Positions 30,334 through 40,045 are shown, counted from the first letter of the stretch. The stretch: DNA of 64,000 nucleotides from a virus (IMGVR_UViG_3300028886_000028:192001-256000), one strand, 5' to 3'. The notes: generated by a model not told the origin, from the sequence alone. A program made the numbers and translations.

Positions 30334-30840
30334 ATGGAAGAATTGTTTAAAAAGATAGATGCTAATAATGCGACATCATTAAGATATGAAGAACTTTCTC
30401 AATGGGAAGTTGGAAGGGCTGTAATAAATGAAGCAATAAATCGTTGGGAGCAACTAGGCTTTTTGGCTTTAATTGACGATGATATTGTGAAGGAAAAAAT
30501 GGCTGTTGCTTTTGATAATATGGCTCTTGATTTGTTATACGAAAATGAAAGAGTTGTGAAGATTCAGAAAAGATACAATTTCAATTGTGCGCCTGACAAT
30601 GGATGCGATATGATATGCAGTTTTGATGTTATAGTATTTCCTATTTTAAGAAGAGTAATAAGCAAAGTTGACAATTTCAATTATGATAAGTTTTTAGACT
30701 ATCTTGAAAAATTATCATTTTTGGCAATTAACTATGATGGATATGAAATAGAAGAATGTGACATTGAGGCTGAATTTTGCGCATTGCTATCAACAGCAAT
30801 TGTAGAAATGTTTAAAAATGAAAAAGTTTCAAATAAATAA
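30334..30840 (+). CDS. Protein resembling the N-terminal region of gp23-type major capsid proteins
   Basis: INRWEQLGFL....KEKMA..FDN.A..LL.E...SFDVIVFPILRRVISK. Confidence 0.5.
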   Translation: MEELFKKIDANNATSLRYEELSQWEVGRAVINEAINRWEQLGFLALIDDDIVKEKMAVAFDNMALDLLYENERVVKIQKRYNFNCAPDNGCDMICSFDVIVFPILRRVISKVDNFNYDKFLDYLEKLSFLAINYDGYEIEECDIEAEFCALLSTAIVEMFKNEKVSNK

Positions 30841-30843
30841 TTT

Positions 30844-31632
30844 ATGAAAGATTTAATAATAATTATACCTTTACACGAATTTAATGAGTCAGTGGAAGCC
30901 TTACTTACAAAGGCGATAAATTCTGTGCCAAAAGATATGGAAATTAGGGTTTCTTGTAAAAATGGCCTTAGCGAAAAAATTAAAAAAACATATAAAAAGA
31001 ATAAAAACATTGTTATATACGAGAGCGAAGCAGTAGACTCACCTAGTGATTTCTGTAGCCTTGTAAATCAGGCTGTTGGGGATTCAAAGTGGTTCAGCAT
31101 TCTTGAATATGATGATGAATATACCCCAATTTGGTTTGACAATTTTAAAAAGTATGTTGATTTTTATTCTGATATTAGTGTATTTCTTCCATTAGAAGAT
31201 TTGATTGATGCTTCAGATAATAAATTTGCAGGTGTCGGAAATGAAGCTCCTTGGGCATCATCTTTTTCTAATGAAATAGGATATATTGATTTAGATTGTT
31301 TGCAAAATTTTTTTGATTTTTATTTAACCGGTTCTATTTTTAATACACAAGATTGGGAGGAAATAGGAGGTTTAAAGCCTTCTATAAAACTTACTTTTTG
31401 GTATGAATTTCTACTCAGGGCAACTCATAATGGTAAGAAAATATATGTAATTCCTAAAATAGGTTATTCTCATAAACTTGGAAGAGAGGGTTCATTAATT
31501 GAAGGTTATAAGAAAACAATTGATGAAAAAGAAAGTAATTTTTGGGTTAATGTGGCTCGTAAAGATTATTTTTATAAAAATCAAAGAGAAGAGTCTAAAT
31601 ACATATATAATGCCGATAAAGAGGCTGAATAA
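30844..31632 (+). CDS. GT-A (GT2-like) glycosyltransferase
   Basis: LIIIIPLH, WFSILEYDDEY, IGGLKPS, EFLLR, IYVIPKIGYSH. Confidence 0.65.
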   Translation: MKDLIIIIPLHEFNESVEALLTKAINSVPKDMEIRVSCKNGLSEKIKKTYKKNKNIVIYESEAVDSPSDFCSLVNQAVGDSKWFSILEYDDEYTPIWFDNFKKYVDFYSDISVFLPLEDLIDASDNKFAGVGNEAPWASSFSNEIGYIDLDCLQNFFDFYLTGSIFNTQDWEEIGGLKPSIKLTFWYEFLLRATHNGKKIYVIPKIGYSHKLGREGSLIEGYKKTIDEKESNFWVNVARKDYFYKNQREESKYIYNADKEAE

Positions 31633-31644
31633 TACTAAACAAAC

Positions 31645-31680
31645 AAATGGCATTAACAACAATTAATGCCATTTTATTTT
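31645..31680 (+). terminator. Intrinsic terminator
   Basis: AAATGGCATTAA/TTAATGCCATTT plus Ts. Confidence 0.7.
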
Positions 31681-31812
31681 GAACACAAGGCAACACAAAG
31701 TTTTTTTTGGAAAAAGTGTAGGTAAGTGTGTTGTAATTTCACAATTTTTGCCTTTGTTTAAATATTTAGTTATATTAATAATCTCATTTAAACATTTTAT
31801 CTAAATATAAAT

Positions 31813-32553
31813 ATGGCAAAACGTGGAAGAAAACCATCTGGTAAGAGAAAGGGGTATTTTTATGAAGAAGAAGAAAAGGCTTTTGTTGATTATTTAAATG
31901 CCACCGATAAAGAAGTTAAAGATTTAATATTTAATTCAAAACTTCTTCCGGCGTTTACAAAAATGACTGAATCAATAATCAGACGATATAATCTTTATCC
32001 ACCTGATGAAGAATTTAAAGAAACGTTTGATGATACAATGTCTTTTTTAATAACAAAAATTGAGAATTTTAATCCGGAATCTGGTTATAAGGCATATTCT
32101 TATTGCGGCACTATAATTAAAAATTATTTGATTTATAAAATTAATCAATTTGCTAAAAATCAAAAACGTAACACTTCTTATGATGCATACAATACAGAAG
32201 AATTAACAAATATAACAGATACTTTAAAATATTCTTATGATGGCAATTCAAACAACATAACCTTTTTAGGCGAATTAATGAAAAAAACTGCTTTTGATAT
32301 AAAAGAAATGGTGGATGACCCGGTAAAAAATAAACTTAATGAAAATCAAATTAAAGTTGGAAAAGCATTAATAGAAATATTAACAAACTGGGAAGAGTTA
32401 TTTGCTAGAATGGGAAGTGATAAGTTTAACAAAAGTTCAATATTACTTTTCCTAAAAGAAACCACTCTTTTATCAACAAAAGAGATAAGGGATTCAATGA
32501 AAAATTACAAATCGTTGTATTATCTTTTAAAGAAGACAATGCTAGAAGAATAA
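31813..32553 (+). CDS. T4 gp55-like late-transcription sigma factor
   Basis: KIENFNPESGYKAYSYCGTIIKNYLI resembles gp55 region 2 (NFDP.K..NPFAYFTQI); no obvious region 4. Confidence 0.65.
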   Translation: MAKRGRKPSGKRKGYFYEEEEKAFVDYLNATDKEVKDLIFNSKLLPAFTKMTESIIRRYNLYPPDEEFKETFDDTMSFLITKIENFNPESGYKAYSYCGTIIKNYLIYKINQFAKNQKRNTSYDAYNTEELTNITDTLKYSYDGNSNNITFLGELMKKTAFDIKEMVDDPVKNKLNENQIKVGKALIEILTNWEELFARMGSDKFNKSSILLFLKETTLLSTKEIRDSMKNYKSLYYLLKKTMLEE

Positions 32554-32566
32554 AATTTAAAACAAA

Positions 32567-32574
32567 ATATTTAT
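32567..32574 (+). promoter_or_regulatory. Putative late promoter ATATTTAT
   Basis: Heads the rmlC plus structural block; only 8 nt before ATG. Confidence 0.5.
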
Positions 32575-32582
32575 TATAAATT

Positions 32583-33137
32583 ATGGATGTTATAAAAACT
32601 GATATAGATGGTGTTGTTATTATAGAACCAAAAATATTTAAAGATTCTAGGGGATATTTTTTTGAATCATTTAATGAATTGGAATTCATAAACAAAGTAG
32701 GTATCGTTGAATTTGTTCAAGACAATGAAAGCAAATCATCTTATGGAGTAATGAGAGGCCTTCATTTCCAATTACCACCTTATACACAAGCAAAACTTGT
32801 AAGATGCGTAAAAGGCTCTGTATTAGATGTAGCCGTAGATATAAGAAAGGGAAGTCCTACATATGGAAAACATGTTGCTGTTGAACTGACAGAAGATAAT
32901 CATAGGCAGCTTTTCATCCCAAAAGGATTTGCTCATGGCTTCGCAGTATTAAGTGATGTTGCAGTATTCCAATACAAATGCGATAATTTTTACCATCCCG
33001 AATCAGATGGAGGTATTAGCATATTAGATGAATCTTTAAAAATAGATTGGAAAATACCGTTAGAAAAAGCAGTATTATCTGAAAAAGATACAAATCATCC
33101 ATTGTTAAAAGATTTTAATTCACCTTTTAAAATATAA
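32583..33137 (+). CDS. rmlC: dTDP-4-dehydrorhamnose 3,5-epimerase
   Basis: DSRGYFFESF, FVQDNES.S..GVMRGLHFQ, DVAVDIRKGSPTYG, GFAHGF. Confidence 0.95.
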   Translation: MDVIKTDIDGVVIIEPKIFKDSRGYFFESFNELEFINKVGIVEFVQDNESKSSYGVMRGLHFQLPPYTQAKLVRCVKGSVLDVAVDIRKGSPTYGKHVAVELTEDNHRQLFIPKGFAHGFAVLSDVAVFQYKCDNFYHPESDGGISILDESLKIDWKIPLEKAVLSEKDTNHPLLKDFNSPFKI

Positions 33138-33142
33138 AAAAC

Positions 33143-33544
33143 ATGGCTAAATTTAAAATTGAACTTAATGATTCTGGAAATGTTAGAGACGTACTTCAAC
33201 AAGCATACGACCTTTCTGATGCTCAAATAGTTCAAGCTCAAAATGAAATCAATAAGATGGCAACAGCTACAAGACTTCAAGATGAAGTAATGGAGTCAAA
33301 AAGCAAATATGGCAAAATTATTAACGATTATTTGAATATTATTGATAAATCTATTTCAAAAAAAGTTGAAATAGCAAAATTAATGACTGAAATATTGCAC
33401 CATAATGGTAACGTGTCAGGAATATCATCAGATTCTCAAATGCAAGGAAAGCAATCTTTTGACCTTTCAAAGATAAAAGAAATGGTTAAGAACATGCATG
33501 AAGAAAAAGAAAAAACTAAAACTATCGAATTGAACAAAAAGTAA
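33143..33544 (+). CDS. Hypothetical coiled-coil protein
   Basis: 133-aa ORF, TAATG-coupled to next gene. Confidence 0.65.
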   Translation: MAKFKIELNDSGNVRDVLQQAYDLSDAQIVQAQNEINKMATATRLQDEVMESKSKYGKIINDYLNIIDKSISKKVEIAKLMTEILHHNGNVSGISSDSQMQGKQSFDLSKIKEMVKNMHEEKEKTKTIELNKK

Positions 33545-36036
33545 TGGCTAATTCTCTTATAGACGGTAAAGGTAGGCTAAATGTTGGAAATTACAATGAA
33601 AAGGTAAGGAAGCAACGTGAAACTTTTAGTAGAATTGATTCAACTATGGCGATTTTAGAAAAATTGCCAGATTTTACTGATTCTACTCTAGATTATTTAA
33701 ATGCCAATTCATTTACTTTTTCAACAAGTCCGCTTGGCTTTATTTTTAATATTTTAAAGTCTCTTGGAGTAGATGAAGAAACTCTTAAAGAATGGATTGT
33801 TGAAATTTTAGTTTATGTTTTGCCTACGGTCGAAACTGGCGTTAAAGCAACTTTATTAGCCAACATTAAATCTCTTATTTCTTGTAATTCTGACCCAAGG
33901 ATACCCCTTAGAATGAGGAAAAAAATTTCTAATAGCGTATACACTAATATACTGACTGATGTAGAGCAAACCGGGCCAATAAGGGGTATTGATATTAATA
34001 TAGATGCTATAGACCCACAAGGGTTACTTGATTTATCTCCATTTACTGACCCAGGCAAATTGTATTATTTTGGCTGCACTGATGACTCTGAACTTGATTC
34101 ATCAATTAAAAAGGTTGTATCAAAGTATGGCGATGAGTTGTATTTAGATACAAAAAGTGTTGTTGGTGACGCTAATGCAAGGACAGCAAGACTAGTAAGG
34201 GCTGATGATTTTAATGCTTTTCTTTGGTATGTTATACATAAAGGCAATAAACAAAATCCGGCTAGAGTAACTATAAATGGTAATACATTTAAAGTTGAAG
34301 ATGACGATTTAGAATATAGCATAAAAACTGGTAATTTAGGTTTACTTGGAACTCTTGAAATAGAAGCACCAAGTGATAAAGAATCAAATATAGTTGCTGG
34401 TAACACATTTTATGACTCTAACAACGCTAACTATATAGGAATATGCATAGAAAGTAAAGTAAATGATGAAGGAATAGTTACCGGCAATACTATAGTTCCA
34501 ATATCTTCTGATTGGTATAGTTGTAATTGGTATGTTGATAAAACAAATTATTATAGTTCTAATTTAGGTATAAAAAAAAGAAAGCCTAGAAATTATTCTG
34601 AAGAAAAGGCAATATGTAATTTAAGATATTGCAAGCAATTTGACTATAGAGGGCGTGATATACCTAATTCTCCTAACAATCTGAGATTTACAATCTTGCC
34701 TAAACCTTACGTGTTTTTGCCTTCTGTTGGCTCTGAAGGTGGCGGTATAAATAAATTGCATGTGCAGTGGAGGCCAATAAGATTAATGTTTGATTATGAT
34801 GGTACGCCTAATCAAAAAGGGAAGTTTTCATTAATATCAGAAACTTATGATTTGCAACCAACATTAAGGAATAAAACAGTTAGCGGAGAGTATTTTATTT
34901 ATGATGTATATGGAATTGAAGAAAATGGCGTTCATTCTAAAGGTGCTGAACTTAGAGTTAATACAAAAACAGGAGATTATTCATTACAAAATATAACAAA
35001 TTTAACATCTGTGTTGGTAGAATGTTATCCTGGTTTAAGTGTATATGAATTTAACTATGATTATATAATGGGTATGAAATTATTTGACCCAAAAGTAGTG
35101 TGCCAAAAGATTTTAGACAACGCGGCAAATCCTGATTATAATGTTTCATTCCATTACACATTAAACAAAGAAAAAATGCCTTTCATAGAAAAAAAGCAAA
35201 GAATTATAGAAATTGTAAAATCTATACTTGAAGAAGATGAAGATGAAATAACAGATTGCTTTTATGCGTTTTCTAATATTCAATATGATGAAATGCTCAG
35301 GAAAACTGAGGAAATAAAATATAAACAACTACCATATAATCAGGGGTATAATAATGGAGAAACAATTGATTTTACAGAGGTAAGCAAAATATTAGAAACA
35401 TATCCAGAAAATGGAAGCTTAGAGGACCAGAAAAAAGTTATAAACCACGCTTTAACAAAGGCTTGTGATTTATTAGATGAAAGAAATAATATTACAATAC
35501 CAACAGATAAAAGCACAACTAAAAATGAGTTTTTAACTAATATTTTACAGCAATTAGTTGCAGCAATAGTTGATGCAGTTCTAAGCCCAAAAGTTCTTAT
35601 GCTTCTTATAGTAAATAGGGCTTTAATGGACACAGATACAGAAGAGCCATTAGATACTGAGGCGTTAATGAGAATGTTGAAAAATGTAGTTAAATCATTA
35701 GTAAGAGAAGTAAGAGACTTAATTATAAAAAAATTACTCGATTACATAATAAAGTATTTAACTCCATTAGCTTTACAATTGCAAGCTAAAATATTAAGTG
35801 AACAATTTGCTGCATATATGGCTATAATTAGGCTTTTACTTTCTTGGTTTAATAAGGGAGTTGAAGTAACTTCTAGATTAAATTCAGTTTTGTCTTCTAT
35901 GCTTAGTAAATTCAAGAAAAAAGGGTATGGAGATTTAACAGAAATTGATTTACCATCAATTTTGGATGATTTCACTTATGCTGATATTTACCCAATTGAT
36001 ACTAAAGATAAAGAACCAGTAAATAATAATTGTTAA
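33544..36036 (+). CDS. Large hypothetical protein, probably virion/baseplate
   Basis: 830 aa, directly upstream of spike-like gene. Confidence 0.55.
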   Translation: MANSLIDGKGRLNVGNYNEKVRKQRETFSRIDSTMAILEKLPDFTDSTLDYLNANSFTFSTSPLGFIFNILKSLGVDEETLKEWIVEILVYVLPTVETGVKATLLANIKSLISCNSDPRIPLRMRKKISNSVYTNILTDVEQTGPIRGIDINIDAIDPQGLLDLSPFTDPGKLYYFGCTDDSELDSSIKKVVSKYGDELYLDTKSVVGDANARTARLVRADDFNAFLWYVIHKGNKQNPARVTINGNTFKVEDDDLEYSIKTGNLGLLGTLEIEAPSDKESNIVAGNTFYDSNNANYIGICIESKVNDEGIVTGNTIVPISSDWYSCNWYVDKTNYYSSNLGIKKRKPRNYSEEKAICNLRYCKQFDYRGRDIPNSPNNLRFTILPKPYVFLPSVGSEGGGINKLHVQWRPIRLMFDYDGTPNQKGKFSLISETYDLQPTLRNKTVSGEYFIYDVYGIEENGVHSKGAELRVNTKTGDYSLQNITNLTSVLVECYPGLSVYEFNYDYIMGMKLFDPKVVCQKILDNAANPDYNVSFHYTLNKEKMPFIEKKQRIIEIVKSILEEDEDEITDCFYAFSNIQYDEMLRKTEEIKYKQLPYNQGYNNGETIDFTEVSKILETYPENGSLEDQKKVINHALTKACDLLDERNNITIPTDKSTTKNEFLTNILQQLVAAIVDAVLSPKVLMLLIVNRALMDTDTEEPLDTEALMRMLKNVVKSLVREVRDLIIKKLLDYIIKYLTPLALQLQAKILSEQFAAYMAIIRLLLSWFNKGVEVTSRLNSVLSSMLSKFKKKGYGDLTEIDLPSILDDFTYADIYPIDTKDKEPVNNNC

Positions 36037-36037
36037 T

Positions 36038-36430
36038 ATGAATATTTCAGATATATCAAATAGTATTAAATCTTTATTTAACATAACAAGACAGCCAGCC
36101 CCCGAAGTGCCTGGGATGCTAATGGCTATAGGCGGCACACAAAAGCCAGGTTTATCAACTGTTGTATCTGTTGGCAATATAGTTAAAGCACTAAGCAAAC
36201 ACAGTATACCAACAGAACCATTGCCAGATGGAACAGAAAATAAAACTGTGGCGTTGGTAATTGCTGTTGTTGAAGAAGTTTTTAGGGCAATAAGAGAAGA
36301 TGCAAATATACAAGTAGCGCACACACCTGGTGCCATTTCAGTATTAACTACAGGTGCTAATTCAGCAGGCCCTGTTGTTTCTCAAGGTATTAATATTAAT
36401 TTTAGTAAAGGTCAAGCAGTAGTACAATAA
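36038..36430 (+). CDS. Hypothetical protein, probably baseplate-associated
   Basis: Tightly coupled; Gly/Val-rich beta C-terminus. Confidence 0.55.
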   Translation: MNISDISNSIKSLFNITRQPAPEVPGMLMAIGGTQKPGLSTVVSVGNIVKALSKHSIPTEPLPDGTENKTVALVIAVVEEVFRAIREDANIQVAHTPGAISVLTTGANSAGPVVSQGININFSKGQAVVQ

Positions 36431-36639
36431 TGAGTAAAACAAATGTTGAAATAGTTGGTAAAACGGATTTTAAATCTATGTCAAATAATGACATAAAAAT
36501 AGAAATGAAAAATCTAGAAAATAAGTATGAAAGCGTGAAAAGCCAAATATTGAAATTAGTTAACAAAATGAAAGAACTTGACGCTTTATATATTGAAGGC
36601 AAAAAGGAACTAATAAACAGGAGTAAAGGAATATTCTAA
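36430..36639 (+). CDS. Small coiled-coil protein
   Basis: TAATG coupling; heptad pattern. Confidence 0.6.
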   Translation: MSKTNVEIVGKTDFKSMSNNDIKIEMKNLENKYESVKSQILKLVNKMKELDALYIEGKKELINRSKGIF

Positions 36640-36640
36640 A

Positions 36641-37561
36641 ATGGATAATGGAGAATCAATAATTAAGAAAGGGCAAGTTGAACTTATTGAAGATACTGCT
36701 GACGGCTTAAGAATTAAAGTTAGGATAGAACAAGATGGTACTACACCACTTGAAAACATTCCATATGCGTTTCCTTTATTACCTAAAACGTTTCAATCTG
36801 TTCCTAAACGTGGAGAAGGTGCTTTCATTATTACTACAATGTCAGATAGCAAAGAAAGCCAACGATATTATATAGGGCCAATTATATCGCAACCACAATT
36901 TCAAGAAAAATGCGATTATTCTTATGGTAGAGGAAATGCTTTATCTTTAATTAAAGGTGGAACAATAGAGCCGCTTGAAAAAATATCAAACTATAGAGAA
37001 ACTTTCGGAGCATTCCCTAATGTTGAAGATGTAGCTATGGTAGGTAGAGGAAGTCAAGACATTATAATGAAAAATATAAACGAAAGCAGTAATGAAATAG
37101 ATATTAGATGTGGCATAAGAAATGATTCAACTTTAGGAGATAAAAAAAATGGAGAAACTATGGTTGGAAAGGTTGTTTTCAATAAATTAGACCCTGCTTA
37201 TATACAATTGAAATATAAAAGAGGAATAACAAAAGAAACAGACCAAGAAGCCAATAGCGTTTTAAATATGGTTGCTGATAAAATAAACATAATTAGCAAT
37301 AAAGATGTTAATGGTTTTAATTTAACAGATTATGACCAACTCATTAAAGAAGAAGAACTTGATGATATAATGTCTAAATTGCATCAGATTCCTCATGGTG
37401 ATACGTTAATTAAACTGTTAAGAGTTATGATTTACGCTATTATAACACATATACATCCATATGCTGGCATACCGCCATCTATAGTAAGTTATACAAAAGA
37501 ATCAGCAGAATGGCTTGGAAATTTGGAAACAATTTTATCTAAACATGTCCGCATTTCATGA
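36641..37561 (+). CDS. Baseplate spike/hub protein (gp5/gpV-like OB fold, HxH tip)
   Basis: RIKVRI...YAFPLLP....VPKRGEGAFI...RYYIG N-terminus; C-terminal THIHP metal-binding motif. Confidence 0.65.
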   Translation: MDNGESIIKKGQVELIEDTADGLRIKVRIEQDGTTPLENIPYAFPLLPKTFQSVPKRGEGAFIITTMSDSKESQRYYIGPIISQPQFQEKCDYSYGRGNALSLIKGGTIEPLEKISNYRETFGAFPNVEDVAMVGRGSQDIIMKNINESSNEIDIRCGIRNDSTLGDKKNGETMVGKVVFNKLDPAYIQLKYKRGITKETDQEANSVLNMVADKINIISNKDVNGFNLTDYDQLIKEEELDDIMSKLHQIPHGDTLIKLLRVMIYAIITHIHPYAGIPPSIVSYTKESAEWLGNLETILSKHVRIS

Positions 37562-37569
37562 TATTTATA
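37561..37569 (+). promoter_or_regulatory. Putative late promoter ATATTTATA
   Basis: Overlaps upstream TGA; 33 nt before ATG 37603. Confidence 0.6.
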
Positions 37570-37602
37570 GTAAATTATAAATTTAGAATTTAAATAAAAA
37601 CC

Positions 37603-39108
37603 ATGTATTATAGAACATATGTTAGCAAAATGTGTAGTATAATTAAAGATTCAGATTTAAACACATCTTTAAATCCTGTATCTGAACTTTTATACGGAAA
37701 AAATACGTCAAGAGTACTTTTATATTTTGACCACTATAAAATAAAGCAAATGATGGAAGATGGCACAATGCCGGATAAATCAAAAATAAAACATATTCTT
37801 AAAATAACCAATGCAGGCTCTTTAGATTTTACTCTGTTAAATCATAAAGATACAAGTTCAGTTAATGGGTGCATTAGAAAAAGAGCATCATCATTTGATT
37901 TAATCTTTTTTTTAATACCAAAAACTTGGGATGCCGGTAAAGGATTTGATTATTCAAGAAGCATATTTCAAGAAGACTTTTATGATACAAAATCAGAAGG
38001 TTGGGGAAATAGACTTATATCAACAGATGGGTGTAATTGGTTTCAAAGAAGAAATGGGTTAAAATGGGATGAACCTGGGATTTATTCTAACAATAAATTA
38101 TCTGAAGAATATGATAATTTTTCATCAAAAAATGGAAGCGAAATTGTTTTTGCTAGGCAAAGATTTGAAGTTGGTGGGGAAAATATAAATCTTGATATAA
38201 CAGATATAGTTAACAAATTTGTTTCAGGGGAAATTCAAAACAATGGCATAGGCATAGCATTTACGCCTGCATTAGAACGCATAGGAGAAGATAAAAGAAG
38301 CCTATTAAGCAGCATAGAAAATTATCTTGGCTTATTTTCCAATAAAACAAATACGTTTTTTGAACCTTTTGTTGAAACCCATTATCAAGACTATATAAAT
38401 GATGATAGGGCAAATTTTGTTTTAAATAAAGACAATAAATTGTATTTGTACTGTAATTTAGGCGGTCAATTAACAGATTTAGACGAACTTCCTCTAGTCA
38501 CAGTAACAGATACAAATGAAGAAGTTGTAACTGATGCTAATGGAATGCTACTTGAAAATATTGAAGCAAAACATTTTTCTAAAGGCGTTTATTATTTAGA
38601 TTTAAAAATAACAGGAAGAGAAGCAGATACAATGTTATTTGATACATGGAGCAACATTAAGTATCAAGGAAGTGATTTAGATAATGTTGAACTAGATTTT
38701 ACTCTAAAAAATGTTAACATGTTCTTCAATATAGGAAATAAACTTGAATCTAATGAAAGATTTACTCCAAATACAAGTGGAATAAATGACAGTGAAGATA
38801 TTAAACGTGGAGATATTAGGAAACTTAAAATTACTGCTCGTGTACAGTATTCTACGCAAGATTATGAACTTATAAATGGCATAGAAACAAGATTGTATGT
38901 CAGAGACGGAACAAGAGAATTAGATGTTTTTCCTTGGGAACCTGTTAATAAAACTTTTTTGGAAAATTATGTGTTAATTGATACAAGCATTTTAATACCT
39001 CAAAGATATTATGTTGATATTAAAATAAAATACGGAATGGAAGAAATAATACATCATGATGTATTACATTTTAATATTGTGGATGATATTAATAATAAAT
39101 ACGCATAA
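37603..39108 (+). CDS. Probable virion structural protein
   Basis: 501 aa beta-rich with Ig-like strands (KGVYYLDL, RYYVDIKI); late motif upstream. Confidence 0.55.
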   Translation: MYYRTYVSKMCSIIKDSDLNTSLNPVSELLYGKNTSRVLLYFDHYKIKQMMEDGTMPDKSKIKHILKITNAGSLDFTLLNHKDTSSVNGCIRKRASSFDLIFFLIPKTWDAGKGFDYSRSIFQEDFYDTKSEGWGNRLISTDGCNWFQRRNGLKWDEPGIYSNNKLSEEYDNFSSKNGSEIVFARQRFEVGGENINLDITDIVNKFVSGEIQNNGIGIAFTPALERIGEDKRSLLSSIENYLGLFSNKTNTFFEPFVETHYQDYINDDRANFVLNKDNKLYLYCNLGGQLTDLDELPLVTVTDTNEEVVTDANGMLLENIEAKHFSKGVYYLDLKITGREADTMLFDTWSNIKYQGSDLDNVELDFTLKNVNMFFNIGNKLESNERFTPNTSGINDSEDIKRGDIRKLKITARVQYSTQDYELINGIETRLYVRDGTRELDVFPWEPVNKTFLENYVLIDTSILIPQRYYVDIKIKYGMEEIIHHDVLHFNIVDDINNKYA

Positions 39109-39136
39109 AAAATGCAGCTAGAAATAGCTGCATTTT
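39109..39136. terminator. Bidirectional terminator between convergent genes
   Basis: AAAATGCAGCTA-GAAA-TAGCTGCATTTT. Confidence 0.85.
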
Positions 39137-39149
39137 CTATTTAAAATTG

Positions 39150-39689
39150 TTAATTGTAATAAAATATATTATTGTAATTGAAATCTTTTAGTTCAGAATG
39201 ATAATCTTGTACTTCTACCATCATATTAGGTATAAGGTCAAGAGAATAATGCCTCATACAATATTCCAAATCGCTAGCAAATTGCCTATTACAATCATAT
39301 ATGTTTTCTCCTATAACATCAATACCTAACATATCTGCTTCGCTTTTTTCGCTAACTATCATTCCAGAAAACAATCCTTTTAGGTTATACTTTTCTGCAA
39401 ATTCATTAGCGTTGCACCATATGCCTATACATGTATGTTCTTTTAATAGATAAACAAGTCTATCGTCTACAATAGTTCTAGCAAACTGATTATCTCCATA
39501 TGGAGCAAATAAGCCTCCATTATAACCGTGCCCAAGCATCATTACTATTTCTTCTTTAGGGGCACTTCCAATAGCCTCTCTAATACTTCTATTATTCCAC
39601 GTTTCGTCTATTAAAGTAACGTCCTTCTTCCCGGCGTATATCTTCGTCAAAAAAGAAGTCGTTTTGTCTTTTGGATGAATCACTATCAT
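39150..39689 (-). CDS. Hypothetical protein, possible caspase/gingipain-like (clan CD) fold
   Basis: IVMMLGHG and CIGIWC strands spaced like a His-Cys dyad. Confidence 0.45.
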   Translation of the reverse strand: MIVIHPKDKTTSFLTKIYAGKKDVTLIDETWNNRSIREAIGSAPKEEIVMMLGHGYNGGLFAPYGDNQFARTIVDDRLVYLLKEHTCIGIWCNANEFAEKYNLKGLFSGMIVSEKSEADMLGIDVIGENIYDCNRQFASDLEYCMRHYSLDLIPNMMVEVQDYHSELKDFNYNNIFYYN

Positions 39690-39957
39690 TTTTAAAATAT
39701 TTTTTATTGTATTTTGAAATATATCCTAATGATAAGCCTATAAATATTAATAACATTATGCCGGTAGCATAATATCTTACAATTTCTTCTTCTTTTAACA
39801 ATTTTGCCGCAAAGTATGCTATTATACATAATAATGCAGCGATAAACAAATTGCAAATAACATATACTAACGTTTCTAAAGATACATATAGTACTTTTTT
39901 AACCTTCTCATATGTTAGCATTGCTTTTACCATAGTTTTTGTAAATATTTTTTTCAT
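39592..39957 (-). CDS. Small membrane protein (2 predicted TM segments)
   Basis: Two hydrophobic stretches; promoter at 39976-40006. Confidence 0.55.
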   Translation of the reverse strand: MKKIFTKTMVKAMLTYEKVKKVLYVSLETLVYVICNLFIAALLCIIAYFAAKLLKEEEIVRYYATGIMLLIFIGLSLGYISKYNKKYFKNDSDSSKRQNDFFFDEDIRREEGRYFNRRNVE

Positions 39958-39975
39958 ACCTCTTTTATTATGTTA

Positions 39976-40006
39976 CAAAGATACAAAAATATAATTAAAT
40001 GACAAA
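39976..40006 (-). promoter_or_regulatory. Bacteroidetes primary-sigma promoter
   Basis: TTTG-N19-TATCTTTG on minus strand. Confidence 0.75.
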
Positions 40007-40045
40007 AAAATGTTTTATTTTTTAACTTAGTTTAACATAAAAGAG

